Source: Elusimicrobiota bacterium
Lineage (GTDB): Bacteria > Elusimicrobiota > Elusimicrobia > Elusimicrobiales > UBA9959
DNA: 64,000 nt
Assembly (NCBI GenBank): GCA_037137395.1
Contig: JBAXKK010000002.1
Coordinates: forward strand, 1-64,000
Direction: 5' to 3'
The notes under the pieces were generated by a model that worked only from the letters and a program-made list of their open reading frames with translations, was not told where the DNA came from and searched no databases. Positions 1-10,410 of this stretch are shown piece after piece. Positions within the stretch are counted from its first letter, which is position 1; every line of letters begins with the position of its first letter. The position numbers were made by a program, and so were the translations under genes.

Positions 1-196
1 CCCATGGACAAAAATTTCTCATTATAATGTAGCAGATGACCCCGACACCATATTGTCGGGTTGGAAAAGGCTGTTTTTGCGATATTTTTGCGTGCTTTGC
101 CGCAATTGAAATGGCGTTGTAAGAACCGGGGAGCCACTTTTTAATGCTCAGACTGACGGCAGTTAAGGTTAACCGCAAGTTCTTATATTTTGAGAT

Positions 197-1288
197 TTAA
201 AACAAACTCGAAAACTTTTTCGCCAGTTTGTATTTTCGCGCTTTCTTGGAGGGATCGGCGACAACAAGGAAACCATTTTTCACCCACTGGCCGAGAAGAG
301 CCCGGGCGGTCCGGGGCGCAAAATTGAAAAGCTTGGCGATATCGATGCTGGCGATCAATTCCTGGCGCACGAAAAGTGTCAACGCTTTCCGCTGACGCGG
401 ACCCAACTGACGCAACATTGGTGATGCATCATCCTCGGAGTTGTCTCCCGCAGCTTTGGCCTGGGCCTGAACTTTCTCAAAAGCATCTACCATTCCGTTA
501 ATAAAATATTCGAGCCAACCTGTAATATCCGCCTTCTCCCGTCCCATATAGTAATTATGCGAAGGACCGACGGTAAGAGCATCATAGTACGCCTGTAAAT
601 TCCGCGCATAGTACTCTTCCAGCGAATAAATGCCTTTTAGATCGTAACCGCCGACATGAAGGATCAGTGTAGTCAAAAGGCGGGCCGTTCTGCCGTTGCC
701 ATCGTAGTATGGATGGATAGTAGCAAATTGATAATGAGCGATAGCCGCGCGAATAGGGGCGGGGATCTCGTCATCCATAGTGGTGAGCCAGCTTACCAAA
801 GCCGTCATTAATGCCGGGACGTCCTTGGCCTCAGGCGGCATATAGACGATGCTGCCGGTAGTACTGTTTTTTATTACATTCTGACCATCGCGATACGGCG
901 TTGGAACCGTAGCGCTTCTGCCCGCGCGCATCACATTGGCATGAATAGTCTGGATTTGTTTTTCCGTTATTGCGATCTTTTTCGTTGCCAGCCGCTCAAC
1001 TTCTTCCAAAGCCTTATAATACCCTTTAACTTCATTCTCATCCCGTTCCCGTCCGGGAATGTGTCGATGTTGGGTCAGGACGCCTTCCACATCCTTTTCC
1101 GACAGTCTGTTACCTTCAATTTTAGTAGAGTAATGCGTTGAGAACAGTTTTGCAGTCTCCCTTAGGTGGGCGAGGACAGAAGGCGTCATCGGCAGGCATT
1201 TAATGCGCTCCTTTAGGCCTTCCAGCTTTATTAATGCCGAAGCGATTTTATTGGTTATCTGGTATCTTGGTTTGAATTTTATCGGCAT
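197..1288 (-). CDS. Fic family protein with C-terminal winged-helix domain
   Basis: Fic motif HPYYDGNGRTAR; N-terminal inhibitory-type motif STKIEGN; HTH-like C-terminus. Start is either 1288 (MPIK) or 1300. Confidence 0.9.
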   Translation of the reverse strand: MPIKFKPRYQITNKIASALIKLEGLKERIKCLPMTPSVLAHLRETAKLFSTHYSTKIEGNRLSEKDVEGVLTQHRHIPGRERDENEVKGYYKALEEVERLATKKIAITEKQIQTIHANVMRAGRSATVPTPYRDGQNVIKNSTTGSIVYMPPEAKDVPALMTALVSWLTTMDDEIPAPIRAAIAHYQFATIHPYYDGNGRTARLLTTLILHVGGYDLKGIYSLEEYYARNLQAYYDALTVGPSHNYYMGREKADITGWLEYFINGMVDAFEKVQAQAKAAGDNSEDDASPMLRQLGPRQRKALTLFVRQELIASIDIAKLFNFAPRTARALLGQWVKNGFLVVADPSKKARKYKLAKKFSSLF

Positions 1289-1302
1289 ATTGATGGCCAT
1301 CC

Positions 1303-1340
1303 TATGCCATTATTATGCCATTAAACAGCCGTTAAATCAA
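1303..1340 (-). promoter_or_regulatory. Putative sigma70 promoter of the Fic gene, with overlapping direct repeats
   Basis: Minus strand TTGATT-17bp-CATAAT; TATGCCATTA occurs at 1303-1312 and 1314-1323. Confidence 0.55.
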
Positions 1341-1491
1341 GCGTCAGGCAATGTTTCCCGAAAACAAAATCTGGTTCACAGCCTAAAACAACATTATTCC
1401 TCATTGGAAAGATATGATTCCTCCTTCCTAAGTTTTAAGAGCTGGTTCAAATCCGACCCCGCAATTTAATAGTTCGAACTGACGGTGGTTA

Positions 1492-3366
1492 TCAGTTAAT
1501 CAGTTCCATCAACGCCGCCATCGCCGGAAGCAGGATCGATCCCACCATCGCCTCTCCAGCCACCAGGCCCGAGGCCAGGGGCGTAGCATAAAGACCGAAC
1601 GACTTGTCTTCGCCCGGGGAGAACCGCTGCCAGACGGCCGAAACCACGCTCCCGATGGCCATACCGATGTTCAGGGTGGCCGGAAGGATCAATGCGAACC
1701 CCAGCGCGGCAGGAATCGGGACCATCCAGAAGCGGCTCACTTCATGGCCCTTCTCATTGGTCTTCTTGAATGCGAGCAGCAACTCAAAGAAGACGCCGAT
1801 GAAGATCGCGGCTATGGAAGCCTGCAGCGCGCCGTGCGGCAGGAAGGCCAGGCCTTTCTCCATCACGATGGCGAGCGTCGCGATCTTTAGGCCCGTCGGG
1901 GCGGCGAGCTGGCCGGGGTTGAGGCCTATGCCGTAGGTGCGTTCAAGCATGTTGAACATGAACGGCGTCAGGATCGCGCCTATCGGTATGACTATCATCT
2001 GGGCCAGGATCAGGGTCTTGAACTTGCCGCCCAGCCGCTGGGCCACCCAGAACGACGGCACGACATTCTCCGACGTGGCCTGCGGGTTGGCGCTTATATA
2101 GGCGGCGGTCAGGTTGGACCTTATCTGGGCGGGCCAGATGATGCCGAACAGGAACTGCGTGGCGTTGGCCATCAGCGAGACCGGGCCCGACCCGGTAATG
2201 CCCAGCACGCGCAAGCCGGCGATGATCAGTATCGGCTGGATGGCTACCGCCAGCAGCACCTCAGGCCAGGGCATGTCAAACCAGGTGCTGGTCATCCAGA
2301 CCAGCAGCGTCACGGTGATGGCGATGCCCGTAACGGTCCACCAGAGCGGTATATTCTCGTCGGCCATGGATTTAAACTCATGCTTCTCGAACTTGACCTT
2401 ATCCCGGTGCATGAAGTGAAGAATTATCGGGATGATTATGCTGGTCAGCGCGGCGGCTATCATCATGGCCGTGGCCGGCCACATCATCCACTGCACCACA
2501 TATTTAAAATGGGAGGAGGCGCCGACGAATTCCCCGGCCTTGCCGCAGGTGGTGTTCAGGAAGTCCATCGCAACCGCCTTAGGCGCGCCATCCAGGCCGC
2601 CCACGGAGTTGAGGGTGCTCAGGCAGCTGCCGAAGTTCTCCTTGGCCACGCCGGAGAGGGCGGAATACTTCGCCACCGTCTCGCCGAAGGCGCTGACCAG
2701 CCAGGTGCCAAGCAGCCCGGAGAGGCCTACGGAGAGCGGCACCAGCATGCCTATACCCATGGCCGCGAATTCGGGCCCGAGGGCAATGTTGAGGGCCGGG
2801 CTGCCGACTATCGGGCTGAGGACCCCGAGCCCGTCGCGCAGGAAAGTCATAAAGCCGGCCACGCCGGTGCTGACCATCAGCACGTCGCGCTTGGTCTTTG
2901 TGGCGGCGTTGGCCTTGGGATCGGTCAGCGTCTGCGCCACGCTCAGGGTTGCCTTGCTGGCCGGCCACGGGATGGAGTGGTCCCTTAGGATGGAACTCCT
3001 CGGTAATATTCCCATAAAAACGCCGAGGTTGGCGGAGACCAGCAGCCAGAGGAACATCTGCCAGGTCGTAAGATCGAAACCGATGTTGCGGCCGAAGACA
3101 TTCTGGATGTAGAAGAAGGCCGCGAGGATCACGACCATAAAGGCGATGCTGGACACGAGGCCGATCATGGTCTGGATGATGTTCAGCTCGATGGCGAGCG
3201 CCTGGCCCTCCATCCGCTTGCCCAGCACATAGGCGGCCAGGAACATGCCGCCGATGGTCAGGTCCACGCTCTGCCCAAGCTTCAGCGTCACGTACGGGGT
3301 CGCGGCCGCGGCAACAGCGCACAACAATCCGCCAAGCAGCAAAAGTCGCCAGTTCAGCTCTTTCAT
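1492..3366 (-). CDS. OPT/YSL family oligopeptide transporter
   Basis: Many TM segments; YVTLKLG, ELNIIQT, IPWPASKAT and LAAPTG motifs; GGAGG RBS before the ATG at 3366. Confidence 0.8.
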   Translation of the reverse strand: MKELNWRLLLLGGLLCAVAAAATPYVTLKLGQSVDLTIGGMFLAAYVLGKRMEGQALAIELNIIQTMIGLVSSIAFMVVILAAFFYIQNVFGRNIGFDLTTWQMFLWLLVSANLGVFMGILPRSSILRDHSIPWPASKATLSVAQTLTDPKANAATKTKRDVLMVSTGVAGFMTFLRDGLGVLSPIVGSPALNIALGPEFAAMGIGMLVPLSVGLSGLLGTWLVSAFGETVAKYSALSGVAKENFGSCLSTLNSVGGLDGAPKAVAMDFLNTTCGKAGEFVGASSHFKYVVQWMMWPATAMMIAAALTSIIIPIILHFMHRDKVKFEKHEFKSMADENIPLWWTVTGIAITVTLLVWMTSTWFDMPWPEVLLAVAIQPILIIAGLRVLGITGSGPVSLMANATQFLFGIIWPAQIRSNLTAAYISANPQATSENVVPSFWVAQRLGGKFKTLILAQMIVIPIGAILTPFMFNMLERTYGIGLNPGQLAAPTGLKIATLAIVMEKGLAFLPHGALQASIAAIFIGVFFELLLAFKKTNEKGHEVSRFWMVPIPAALGFALILPATLNIGMAIGSVVSAVWQRFSPGEDKSFGLYATPLASGLVAGEAMVGSILLPAMAALMELIN

Positions 3367-3686
3367 AGTGTAACCTCCGGGTCTTCCACACAAACGGTGA
3401 TTTTAAATTATAAATAACCTAATTTCGCGTCGCGTTTTTTATTTAAAAAAACACCTTCTCGCTCCGCTCATTTTGCTTTATACATATATAATACCAAAAG
3501 AACCAAGAACAGAATCTAGTTCAAATCCAAAAAACACATTTTTTCCTGCCCGGATAGATTCGGGGCAGTATATTTAATTCGGGATTATATATACTGCGGT
3601 TCCCGGACCCCCCAAAAAAATTTCCCACACTTTTAATGCTGAAAATCGAACCCGCATCAACCAAAGAGTGGTTTGCAAAATAGCCC

Positions 3687-3715
3687 TTGATTAGCTGTAA
3701 ACTATAGTGTACACT
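3687..3715 (+). promoter_or_regulatory. Toxin-antitoxin promoter with palindromic operator
   Basis: TTGATT(3687)-17bp-TACACT(3710); imperfect palindrome TGTAAACTATAGTGTACA at 3696-3713. Confidence 0.7.
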
Positions 3716-3722
3716 ATTACCA

Positions 3723-4046
3723 ATGATTAAGAAGTCAATAATCTATAAGACAAATACTGGAATTGAAGCATATACCGAATACGTTGATTCGCTTAAAGAC
3801 CGTCTCGGAGCCGCCAAAATCAGAGTGCGGGTTACGCGTGCAGAGCTCGGAAATTTTGGCGACCATAAAAAGATTGCTCATGGAATTATCGAACTGAGAA
3901 TTGATTATGGTCCGGGATATAGGATTTATATCGGGCTCCACGGCAGTGAAGTAATCGTTTTACTTTGCGCCGGAAACAAAGGTGGTCAGACAAAAGATGT
4001 TAAAAAAGCGATTGAGTACTGGGACGACTATAAGAGGAATTTATGA
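3723..4046 (+). CDS. Type II toxin, RelE/ParE (HigB-like, addiction module killer protein)
   Basis: GNFGDHK, ELRIDYGPGYRIY and LLCAGNK motifs; ATGA overlap with the antitoxin. Confidence 0.9.
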   Translation: MIKKSIIYKTNTGIEAYTEYVDSLKDRLGAAKIRVRVTRAELGNFGDHKKIAHGIIELRIDYGPGYRIYIGLHGSEVIVLLCAGNKGGQTKDVKKAIEYWDDYKRNL

Positions 4047-4351
4047 AAAATTACAGAACCCATGACGACTATTTAAATAAAGCGCTTAAAGATCCTAAAG
4101 AAGCCGCGCTTTACATGAACGCCGCCGTAGAAGAAAACGATCCGGCGCTTATGCTTGCCGTATTAGCACAGGTAGTCAGGGCTCATGGCGTCTCTAAAAT
4201 GGCTAAGAAAGTTTCCCTTTCGAGAGCAGGTGTTTATAAAACACTTTCGAAAAAGGGAAACCCGGAATTAAAAACATTTATGGGGATATTAAGCGCTTCG
4301 GGGCTGGAAATGTCATTTAAGCCCTCTCATGCACGTCATCACATCCACTAA
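4043..4351 (+). CDS. Addiction module antidote protein (HTH antitoxin)
   Basis: GVSKMAKKVSLSRAGVYKTLSKKGNPEL HTH; coupled downstream of the toxin. Confidence 0.9.
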   Translation: MKNYRTHDDYLNKALKDPKEAALYMNAAVEENDPALMLAVLAQVVRAHGVSKMAKKVSLSRAGVYKTLSKKGNPELKTFMGILSASGLEMSFKPSHARHHIH

Positions 4352-4506
4352 ATTGTCCGCAACCAAGGTGCACCCACGATAGTTCCGGGGTATGTAAAAC
4401 CCGGACAAGTTCCGCCTGATTATCGGAGTAATTTGGTTATTTTTAAGAAATTAATGCGCGACTATCGTAGGCAAAAAGCTGGTAGTTTTTGGAATTAAAT
4501 ACACTG

Positions 4507-4557
4507 TCCCCGGAACTCCCCGGAACTCCCCGGAACTCCCCGGAACTCCCGGAACTC
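4507..4557. repeat. 10-bp tandem repeat (TCCCCGGAAC) x4 plus one copy lacking a C
   Basis: Read directly from the sequence; an inverted copy AGTTCCGGGG lies at 4381-4390. Confidence 0.95.
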
Positions 4558-4762
4558 ACAGTTGTCAGCGCGAAGGAATGGATTCGCCTGGTGAAAGCAT
4601 TACGCGAAAGTAAAGTCACCCCGCGCCCCCGCGATCTGGTGATTTAACCGAATCCCCCCTACAATTTAGTCAGAAGCAAGAAATGGTAATATGTTTTTGA
4701 GGGCTTAATAAAAGTTAACCAACGGGTCAGCCCCCTTATCATTATTAGCATGGAGGTTTATT

Positions 4763-5341
4763 ATGGACGTGAAAGAAGCTATCGAAAAACGACGTTCTTA
4801 CAGGGCTTTCGGGCCTGTGGAAATAACGGACGGGATAATCCTGGAGCTTGCTACCGCGGCACAGCTGACAGCCTCGTGCTTCAACAACCAGCCGTGGAAA
4901 TTCGTTTTTGTCAGGTCAAAGGAATCGCTTGCGAAAGTGCATCAATGTCTGAGCAAAAACAACGATTGGGTGAAGAACGCCTCACTAATAATCGCCGCCT
5001 TCGCCAGGAAAGAAAACGACTGCGTGATAAAAGAACGGGAATATTTTCTTTTTGACATGGGCATGGCGGTTTCGACCATGCAGCTACGCGCCACCGAGCT
5101 TGGACTTGTGGCTCACCCAATAGCCGGTTTTGATAATGAAAAAGTGAGGCTTGCCCTCGGTATCCCGGACGGAAACCTGGTGATCGCGCTTATAAATGTG
5201 GGAAAGAAAAGCGAAGACCTGAGCTCACTTACGCCGCAGCAGGCGGGGATGGAGGCGGACCGGCCGCCGCGTCTGCCGCTTGAAAACATTTTCAGCGTTG
5301 ACGCGTACAACGAAAAACTAGCCATAAAACCCGCGCACTAA
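4763..5341 (+). CDS. Nitroreductase family protein
   Basis: KRRSYRAF, ASCFNNQPWKF and ATELGLVAHPIAGF motifs; GGAGG RBS. Confidence 0.9.
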   Translation: MDVKEAIEKRRSYRAFGPVEITDGIILELATAAQLTASCFNNQPWKFVFVRSKESLAKVHQCLSKNNDWVKNASLIIAAFARKENDCVIKEREYFLFDMGMAVSTMQLRATELGLVAHPIAGFDNEKVRLALGIPDGNLVIALINVGKKSEDLSSLTPQQAGMEADRPPRLPLENIFSVDAYNEKLAIKPAH

Positions 5342-5369
5342 AATGCGCGAGTTTCACGCAGGGACATAT

Positions 5370-5957
5370 TTATCTTTCAAAGTAGACCATGTCTATCAGG
5401 AACAGGGCGCCGAGAAGCACTGCTTTTTGCGCCTCACTTGCCCCTTGGGGAAATCTGACGCCAAAATTATCCGCATCCGTGAAAGCCTCTTTACCTAAAC
5501 CGCTCCATTTTTTCACTATCTCGCCCGCTTCAATATTATTTTGTGAGATCTTAAAAGTCCAGGGGTGAAGGATAGGCGCGTAGATGGTATACAGCACGAC
5601 ACCCTGTGCGTCCTGAACCGTGAGATTTTTCGTCAGCAGGGAGAACTCGCGTTTAATTCTTCCCAGGAACTTACCGTCAGATTTAAAAACGATCATCTCA
5701 TGGAAGTAAAAGCGGAAAGGTTTCACGATTTTCAAGACCGCTTTCCCATCCAGGGATAGGATGTGAATAACAAAAGGTCTTAATTTTTTAAGAAAAAATC
5801 TGGCTAAAACAGAACTTTCTTCCGCAGCCCAATACAACTGTTGAGTTGAAGGGTCAAGAACGGCATATTTGTTCTTTGTATCAAAGCCTGTTAAGATCTC
5901 CCCCCATTCCTTTTTTTGCTGAACAATAAGAGATTCCACCGCTTTTAGTTTTTCCAT
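5370..5957 (-). CDS. Scramblase/LURP-one (tubby-like) family protein
   Basis: FDTKNKY, RPF, IVKKWSG, FTDADNFGVRFP and KAVLLGALFLIDMVYFE motifs. Confidence 0.8.
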   Translation of the reverse strand: MEKLKAVESLIVQQKKEWGEILTGFDTKNKYAVLDPSTQQLYWAAEESSVLARFFLKKLRPFVIHILSLDGKAVLKIVKPFRFYFHEMIVFKSDGKFLGRIKREFSLLTKNLTVQDAQGVVLYTIYAPILHPWTFKISQNNIEAGEIVKKWSGLGKEAFTDADNFGVRFPQGASEAQKAVLLGALFLIDMVYFER

Positions 5958-6054
5958 ATTTTCTGTATAAACAAGCTGACTTTTAAACGAGAAATTCAAA
6001 AAACGCACAGCTCACCGCGCAAAACACACGCCTGGTGCCCCGGCGATATGAGCA

Positions 6055-7836
6055 TCAGCCTTCGGCAAGCAGCGCTTTTATTTCCACCCCGTATTGATCA
6101 GCGTTTAAGCCTACGAGCAGGTGGTGTATCCCGCCGGGAAGCGTCATAACTTCCTGAACTCCGGCCTTTTTCAGCGCCGCGATATCAGGCGCCTTATTGC
6201 CTGCCAGCGCCACCCGCAGGCGGGTGCGCGCGCACACTTCTATAGAGAGAATCGCCTCAGGTCCGCCCAGAGCCGTAATCCAGGCCCGGGCTTTTGCCGC
6301 CGCCTCAGGATCCCGCTCAGGCGCCGCAAAGCCGGCGGAAACCGGGGCCTGGGCCACGATCTGCGGTTCCCCGTCTAACTCAGCTTCCGGTCCGGCTGAG
6401 GCGAGGTACTCTTCAAGATCGGTTTTCATGTTCTCCGACTGAGGCCCAAAAATAGCCTGCACGCCGTTTCCCACAATCATCACTCCTACCGCCCCCAGAC
6501 CTTTGAGCTTTTCACTGTTCACTTTTGAGATGTGGTACACCTCAACGCGCAAACGCGTGATGCAGGCGTCAAGGCTCTTAAAGTTGCTCTTGCCGCCAAA
6601 GGCGAGCGCAAGTTGATGAGAGAATTCATGCACGGGCCTGGCTTGCGCGTCTTCGGCCCCCGCGTCAGGCTCGCGACCCGGAGTTTCCAGGTTCCAGCGC
6701 CGGATGGCGAAGTTGAACACCCCGAAGTACATCATGCCCCAAAGCGGGCCTACCACCATCAGCCACAGCGCATGAGTCGATTTGGGGAAGAGGACGATAT
6801 AGTCGATCAGGCCGTGCGAGAACGTGGTGCCGTGTTTGATGCCCAGAAGCACGCACAGGGAAAACGCCGCGCCGGACATAACGGCGTGGACGGCGTAGAG
6901 CGCCGGCGCCACGAACATAAAAGAGAACTCTATCGGTTCGGTTATCCCGGTCAGGAACGAAGTCAGCGCGGCCGACACCATGATGCCGCCGATGCGCGCA
7001 CGCTGCGGCGGTTTGGCGTTGTACCAGATGGCCATAGCCGCTGCCGGCAGGCCCCACATCTTGAAAAGATATCCGCCGGCCAGGTTGCCGGCCGCGGGAT
7101 CTCCGGCGACAAACCGGTGTATCTCGCCATGGATAATCTTACCGGCGGCATCCGTAAAATCCCCCACCTGGAAGAAGAAAGGAACATTCCAGATGTGGTG
7201 CAGACCGAAGGGAATGAGCAATCTCTCCACGATACCGTAGATGCCGAAAGCGGTAGCAGGGGATCCGGCTGAGGCCCAGGCGGAGAAGTGTTTAATGGCA
7301 GCGCCGATAGGCGGCCACACCAGACTCAGTACGCAGCCAAGGGCGATGGCGGCAAAGGCCGTCAGGATGGGCACAAGACGCTTACCAGCGAAAAAGCCCA
7401 GATACGCCGGAAGCTTCACTCTGTAATATCTGTTAAACAATATGGCGGCAACGCCGCCGATCAGGATTCCTCCGAAGACGCCGGTCTCAATGGAGGGAAT
7501 ACCCATAATAGGTGTGAGTTCAGTATGCAGCACCCCGCCTATGACGCCCATGGTGGCCACCAATACAGCATAGCCAACAGTGCCGGCCAGCGCCGCTACG
7601 CCGTCGTTATTGGTCAGACCAAGGCTGACGCCGATGGCGAAGATAAGCGGCAGATTGCCGAAGATCGCGCCTCCGGATTGCGCCATCAGCTTTGAGATCA
7701 CTTCCGGAATGAACGAGAAGTTGGCGCAACCGAGCCCGAGCAGCAATCCGGCCACCGGGAGAACCGAGACCGGCAGCATGAGCGACTTACCGATCTTCTG
7801 GAGCATGGCAAAGGCATTTTTTGCAAGGTTTATCAT
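6055..7836 (-). CDS. ptsG: PTS glucose-family EIIC-EIIB-EIIB permease
   Basis: [22 protein letters not shown] and GITEPIEF motifs; EIIB motifs DACITRLR and EVCARTRLR. Confidence 0.85.
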   Translation of the reverse strand: MINLAKNAFAMLQKIGKSLMLPVSVLPVAGLLLGLGCANFSFIPEVISKLMAQSGGAIFGNLPLIFAIGVSLGLTNNDGVAALAGTVGYAVLVATMGVIGGVLHTELTPIMGIPSIETGVFGGILIGGVAAILFNRYYRVKLPAYLGFFAGKRLVPILTAFAAIALGCVLSLVWPPIGAAIKHFSAWASAGSPATAFGIYGIVERLLIPFGLHHIWNVPFFFQVGDFTDAAGKIIHGEIHRFVAGDPAAGNLAGGYLFKMWGLPAAAMAIWYNAKPPQRARIGGIMVSAALTSFLTGITEPIEFSFMFVAPALYAVHAVMSGAAFSLCVLLGIKHGTTFSHGLIDYIVLFPKSTHALWLMVVGPLWGMMYFGVFNFAIRRWNLETPGREPDAGAEDAQARPVHEFSHQLALAFGGKSNFKSLDACITRLRVEVYHISKVNSEKLKGLGAVGVMIVGNGVQAIFGPQSENMKTDLEEYLASAGPEAELDGEPQIVAQAPVSAGFAAPERDPEAAAKARAWITALGGPEAILSIEVCARTRLRVALAGNKAPDIAALKKAGVQEVMTLPGGIHHLLVGLNADQYGVEIKALLAEG

Positions 7837-7840
7837 AGAT

Positions 7841-10381
7841 TTATTCCTCCGTCTCAGGTGAGAACAGCGCGCGCACTTCGGCAGCCGTCCCGAGGGTAAG
7901 AGCCTGTTTTGCCAGGCGTCTGCAGTCCTCCAGCTTTAACCGGCGCACCGCCGCCTTCACGGCGGGGACTTCGGACACGCTAACACTGAGTTCGTCCACA
8001 CCCAGGCCTACCAGCAGCGGAATTCCTTTCTGGTCGCCCGCGAGTCCCCCGCAGACGCCTATGGGCTTCTTGCCGGCGTGAGCGGCCTCCACGACGCCGC
8101 TGATAAGCTTAAGCACGCTAGGATGCAGCGCGTCAGCTTTTGCAGCCAGCCCGGGGTGACCACGGTCCATGGCAAGAGTGTATTGAGTCAGATCATTGGT
8201 GCCTATGGAAAGGAAATCAACTTCTGAAGCGAACCCCGCCGCCAGGACGGCCGCCGCCGGAACCTCTATCATGACGCCGACGGGCACTTGGGCCGCGCCA
8301 AGGTTTTCCATCTCCTGCTTCACGATGGCCCGGGCCGCCCGGTACTCACCGATATCGGTGATCATAGGGAACATTATCTGCACAGGCCCGGAGCGCCCGG
8401 CACGCAGGATGGCGCGCACCTGCGTTCGCAGCAGTTCAGGTCGGTTCAGGCAGACGCGAATACCACGCTCGCCGAGGAAAGGGTTATCCTCTTTGGGGAT
8501 CTGGAGATAGGAGAGATGCTTATCTCCGCCTACGTCCAGCGTGCGGATGATCAAGGGCCGCTGTTTACCCAGAGCCTCTGCCGCGGTCCGGTATGCCTGA
8601 GTCTGCTCGTCCTCCGTAGGCGCTTCGGTCCGGTCAAGAAATAGAAATTCCGAGCGCAGCAGGCCCACGCCCTCTGCGCCGAGCTTAACAGCCTCTTTCG
8701 CTTCCTGCATATTGCCTATATTGGCGAACACCTTCACCTTATGTCCGTCAAGGGTGACGGCGGGGCGGTCGGCAAATTTGGCTTCCTCGGCGCGCCGGGT
8801 CTCCATGCGGGCAAGCCGTCCGCGTATCTTTTCCATCTCTAATTTTGACGGGTTAAGGCGTACAATACCTTTCCCGCCGTCCAGGATCAGAGGGGTTCCC
8901 CGGGCTATTTCCAGCGCGCGCGGTTCCAAACCGACCACAAGGGGAAGTCCGAGCGAGCGCGCCAGGATAGCCACATGCGAGGTGGCTCCTCCTCCGATCG
9001 TGCCGCAGCCCTTCACTTTCTTAAGGTCCAGAGAAATGACATCCGAAGGCGTGAGCTCTTCGGCGATCAGAATGGACTCGTCCGGAATTCCGGCGATGTC
9101 CCCCTCAGCCATTCCAAGCAGGCGCTCAAGCACCCGCCGCCCCACATCTTTTATATCGTTGGCGCGCTCCGCCAGCAGTTTATTGGATAATCCGGCCAGC
9201 CGGTCGGCGTGGGCGGTAAATGCCCCCTTCCAGGAGAAAGCCGCGCTTTTGCCTTTCGCGATGGCGCTTTCAGCAAGGTCAAGAAGATCGGGATCTTCGA
9301 GTAATTCAAGATGGGCGCCGAATATATCGGCCTTTTCCGGGTTACCGGAAGCCTTCACGCGGGAGTGGATGGCGTCAAGCTGCAGGCGGGCTGAGGCTAA
9401 AGCGTCCTCAAGTTTGTGCCGTTCCTGCTCAGGTTTACCGCCGTGCTCCGGAACCTGGATCTCCGCCCTGGCCACAATAAAAGCCTTGCCTGCCGCCAGA
9501 CCCGGCGAGGTGCTGATACCGGTCAACAGATCGGGATCGCCGGATGGAGCCGTCGTGGCGCCGGGAGCCGCCGACACCTGCGCTTCCCCCGCAGCCTCTC
9601 CCAGACCCGCCTCCAGACGGGGAAGCAAAGCATCAAGGGCTTCCCTCGCGTCCGGGCCGCCGGCAATAAGAAAAACCTTGTCCCCGTGCCGTATATCAAG
9701 TGCCATAATGGACGAGACGCTCCGGGCATTGGCCTGCTCTTCACCCTTGCGAAGGTGGAGGTCGCAGCGATAGCCTCGGGCAAGACCGGCAAGCGTGGCG
9801 GCAGGACGGGCATGGAGCCCGGACGGGTTAGTAATAATGACTGCCCTTGAAATCAGTGGCGCCGCGGTTTCCACGGCTGCCGCCCCGGCTTTTATTTCAG
9901 CCAGTTCTACGGTAAGTATCGGATCCTTGCCTGCCAGGACGATGCCGGCGTGTTTATGGATGGCTTTCACCCGCTCCGGAGTGATTAAAACTATCTGTGT
10001 AAGAAGGCTGAGAGCGCCTCTTGCAACCTCGTCGGCCGCGAATTCTATCAGGGGCGCTCCCGACAGCACCGCATCTCCGACTTTAACAAGAGTGGTAAAT
10101 CCCGCTCCCTTCAGATTGACCGTGTCGAGACCGATATGCATCATCACTTCCAGATCTCCGGCGGTCCTGAGCGTGAGAGCGTGGCCAGCGCTATGAAGCT
10201 GGATTACCTCTCCCGCGCACGGCGCCAGCAGGGTCTGGGTGGTCGGGTCCAGTGAAATCCCGTCTCCGACAAGCTTCTGGGCAAAAACGGGATCGGGAAC
10301 AGCCTCTATGGGCATAAGCACGCCGGAGAGCGGCGCCATTAGCGTCACCAAGGTCGGTTTATAGCTGTTCTGTTCGTTCAT
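7841..10381 (-). CDS. ptsP: Multiphosphoryl transfer protein EIIA(Glc)-HPr-Enzyme I fusion
   Basis: EIIA ([16 protein letters not shown]), HPr (GLHARPA) and EI ([29 protein letters not shown]) in one ORF. Confidence 0.9.
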   Translation of the reverse strand: MNEQNSYKPTLVTLMAPLSGVLMPIEAVPDPVFAQKLVGDGISLDPTTQTLLAPCAGEVIQLHSAGHALTLRTAGDLEVMMHIGLDTVNLKGAGFTTLVKVGDAVLSGAPLIEFAADEVARGALSLLTQIVLITPERVKAIHKHAGIVLAGKDPILTVELAEIKAGAAAVETAAPLISRAVIITNPSGLHARPAATLAGLARGYRCDLHLRKGEEQANARSVSSIMALDIRHGDKVFLIAGGPDAREALDALLPRLEAGLGEAAGEAQVSAAPGATTAPSGDPDLLTGISTSPGLAAGKAFIVARAEIQVPEHGGKPEQERHKLEDALASARLQLDAIHSRVKASGNPEKADIFGAHLELLEDPDLLDLAESAIAKGKSAAFSWKGAFTAHADRLAGLSNKLLAERANDIKDVGRRVLERLLGMAEGDIAGIPDESILIAEELTPSDVISLDLKKVKGCGTIGGGATSHVAILARSLGLPLVVGLEPRALEIARGTPLILDGGKGIVRLNPSKLEMEKIRGRLARMETRRAEEAKFADRPAVTLDGHKVKVFANIGNMQEAKEAVKLGAEGVGLLRSEFLFLDRTEAPTEDEQTQAYRTAAEALGKQRPLIIRTLDVGGDKHLSYLQIPKEDNPFLGERGIRVCLNRPELLRTQVRAILRAGRSGPVQIMFPMITDIGEYRAARAIVKQEMENLGAAQVPVGVMIEVPAAAVLAAGFASEVDFLSIGTNDLTQYTLAMDRGHPGLAAKADALHPSVLKLISGVVEAAHAGKKPIGVCGGLAGDQKGIPLLVGLGVDELSVSVSEVPAVKAAVRRLKLEDCRRLAKQALTLGTAAEVRALFSPETEE

Positions 10382-10410
10382 TTTTTGTAATCTCCACTTA
10401 TGAGGTGTCT

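Noticed and set aside
8712..9773. Long antisense ORFs (also 2380-3112, 13473-14240 and many others)
   Set aside because: Shadow frames of GC-rich genes on the opposite strand, with no recognisable motifs.
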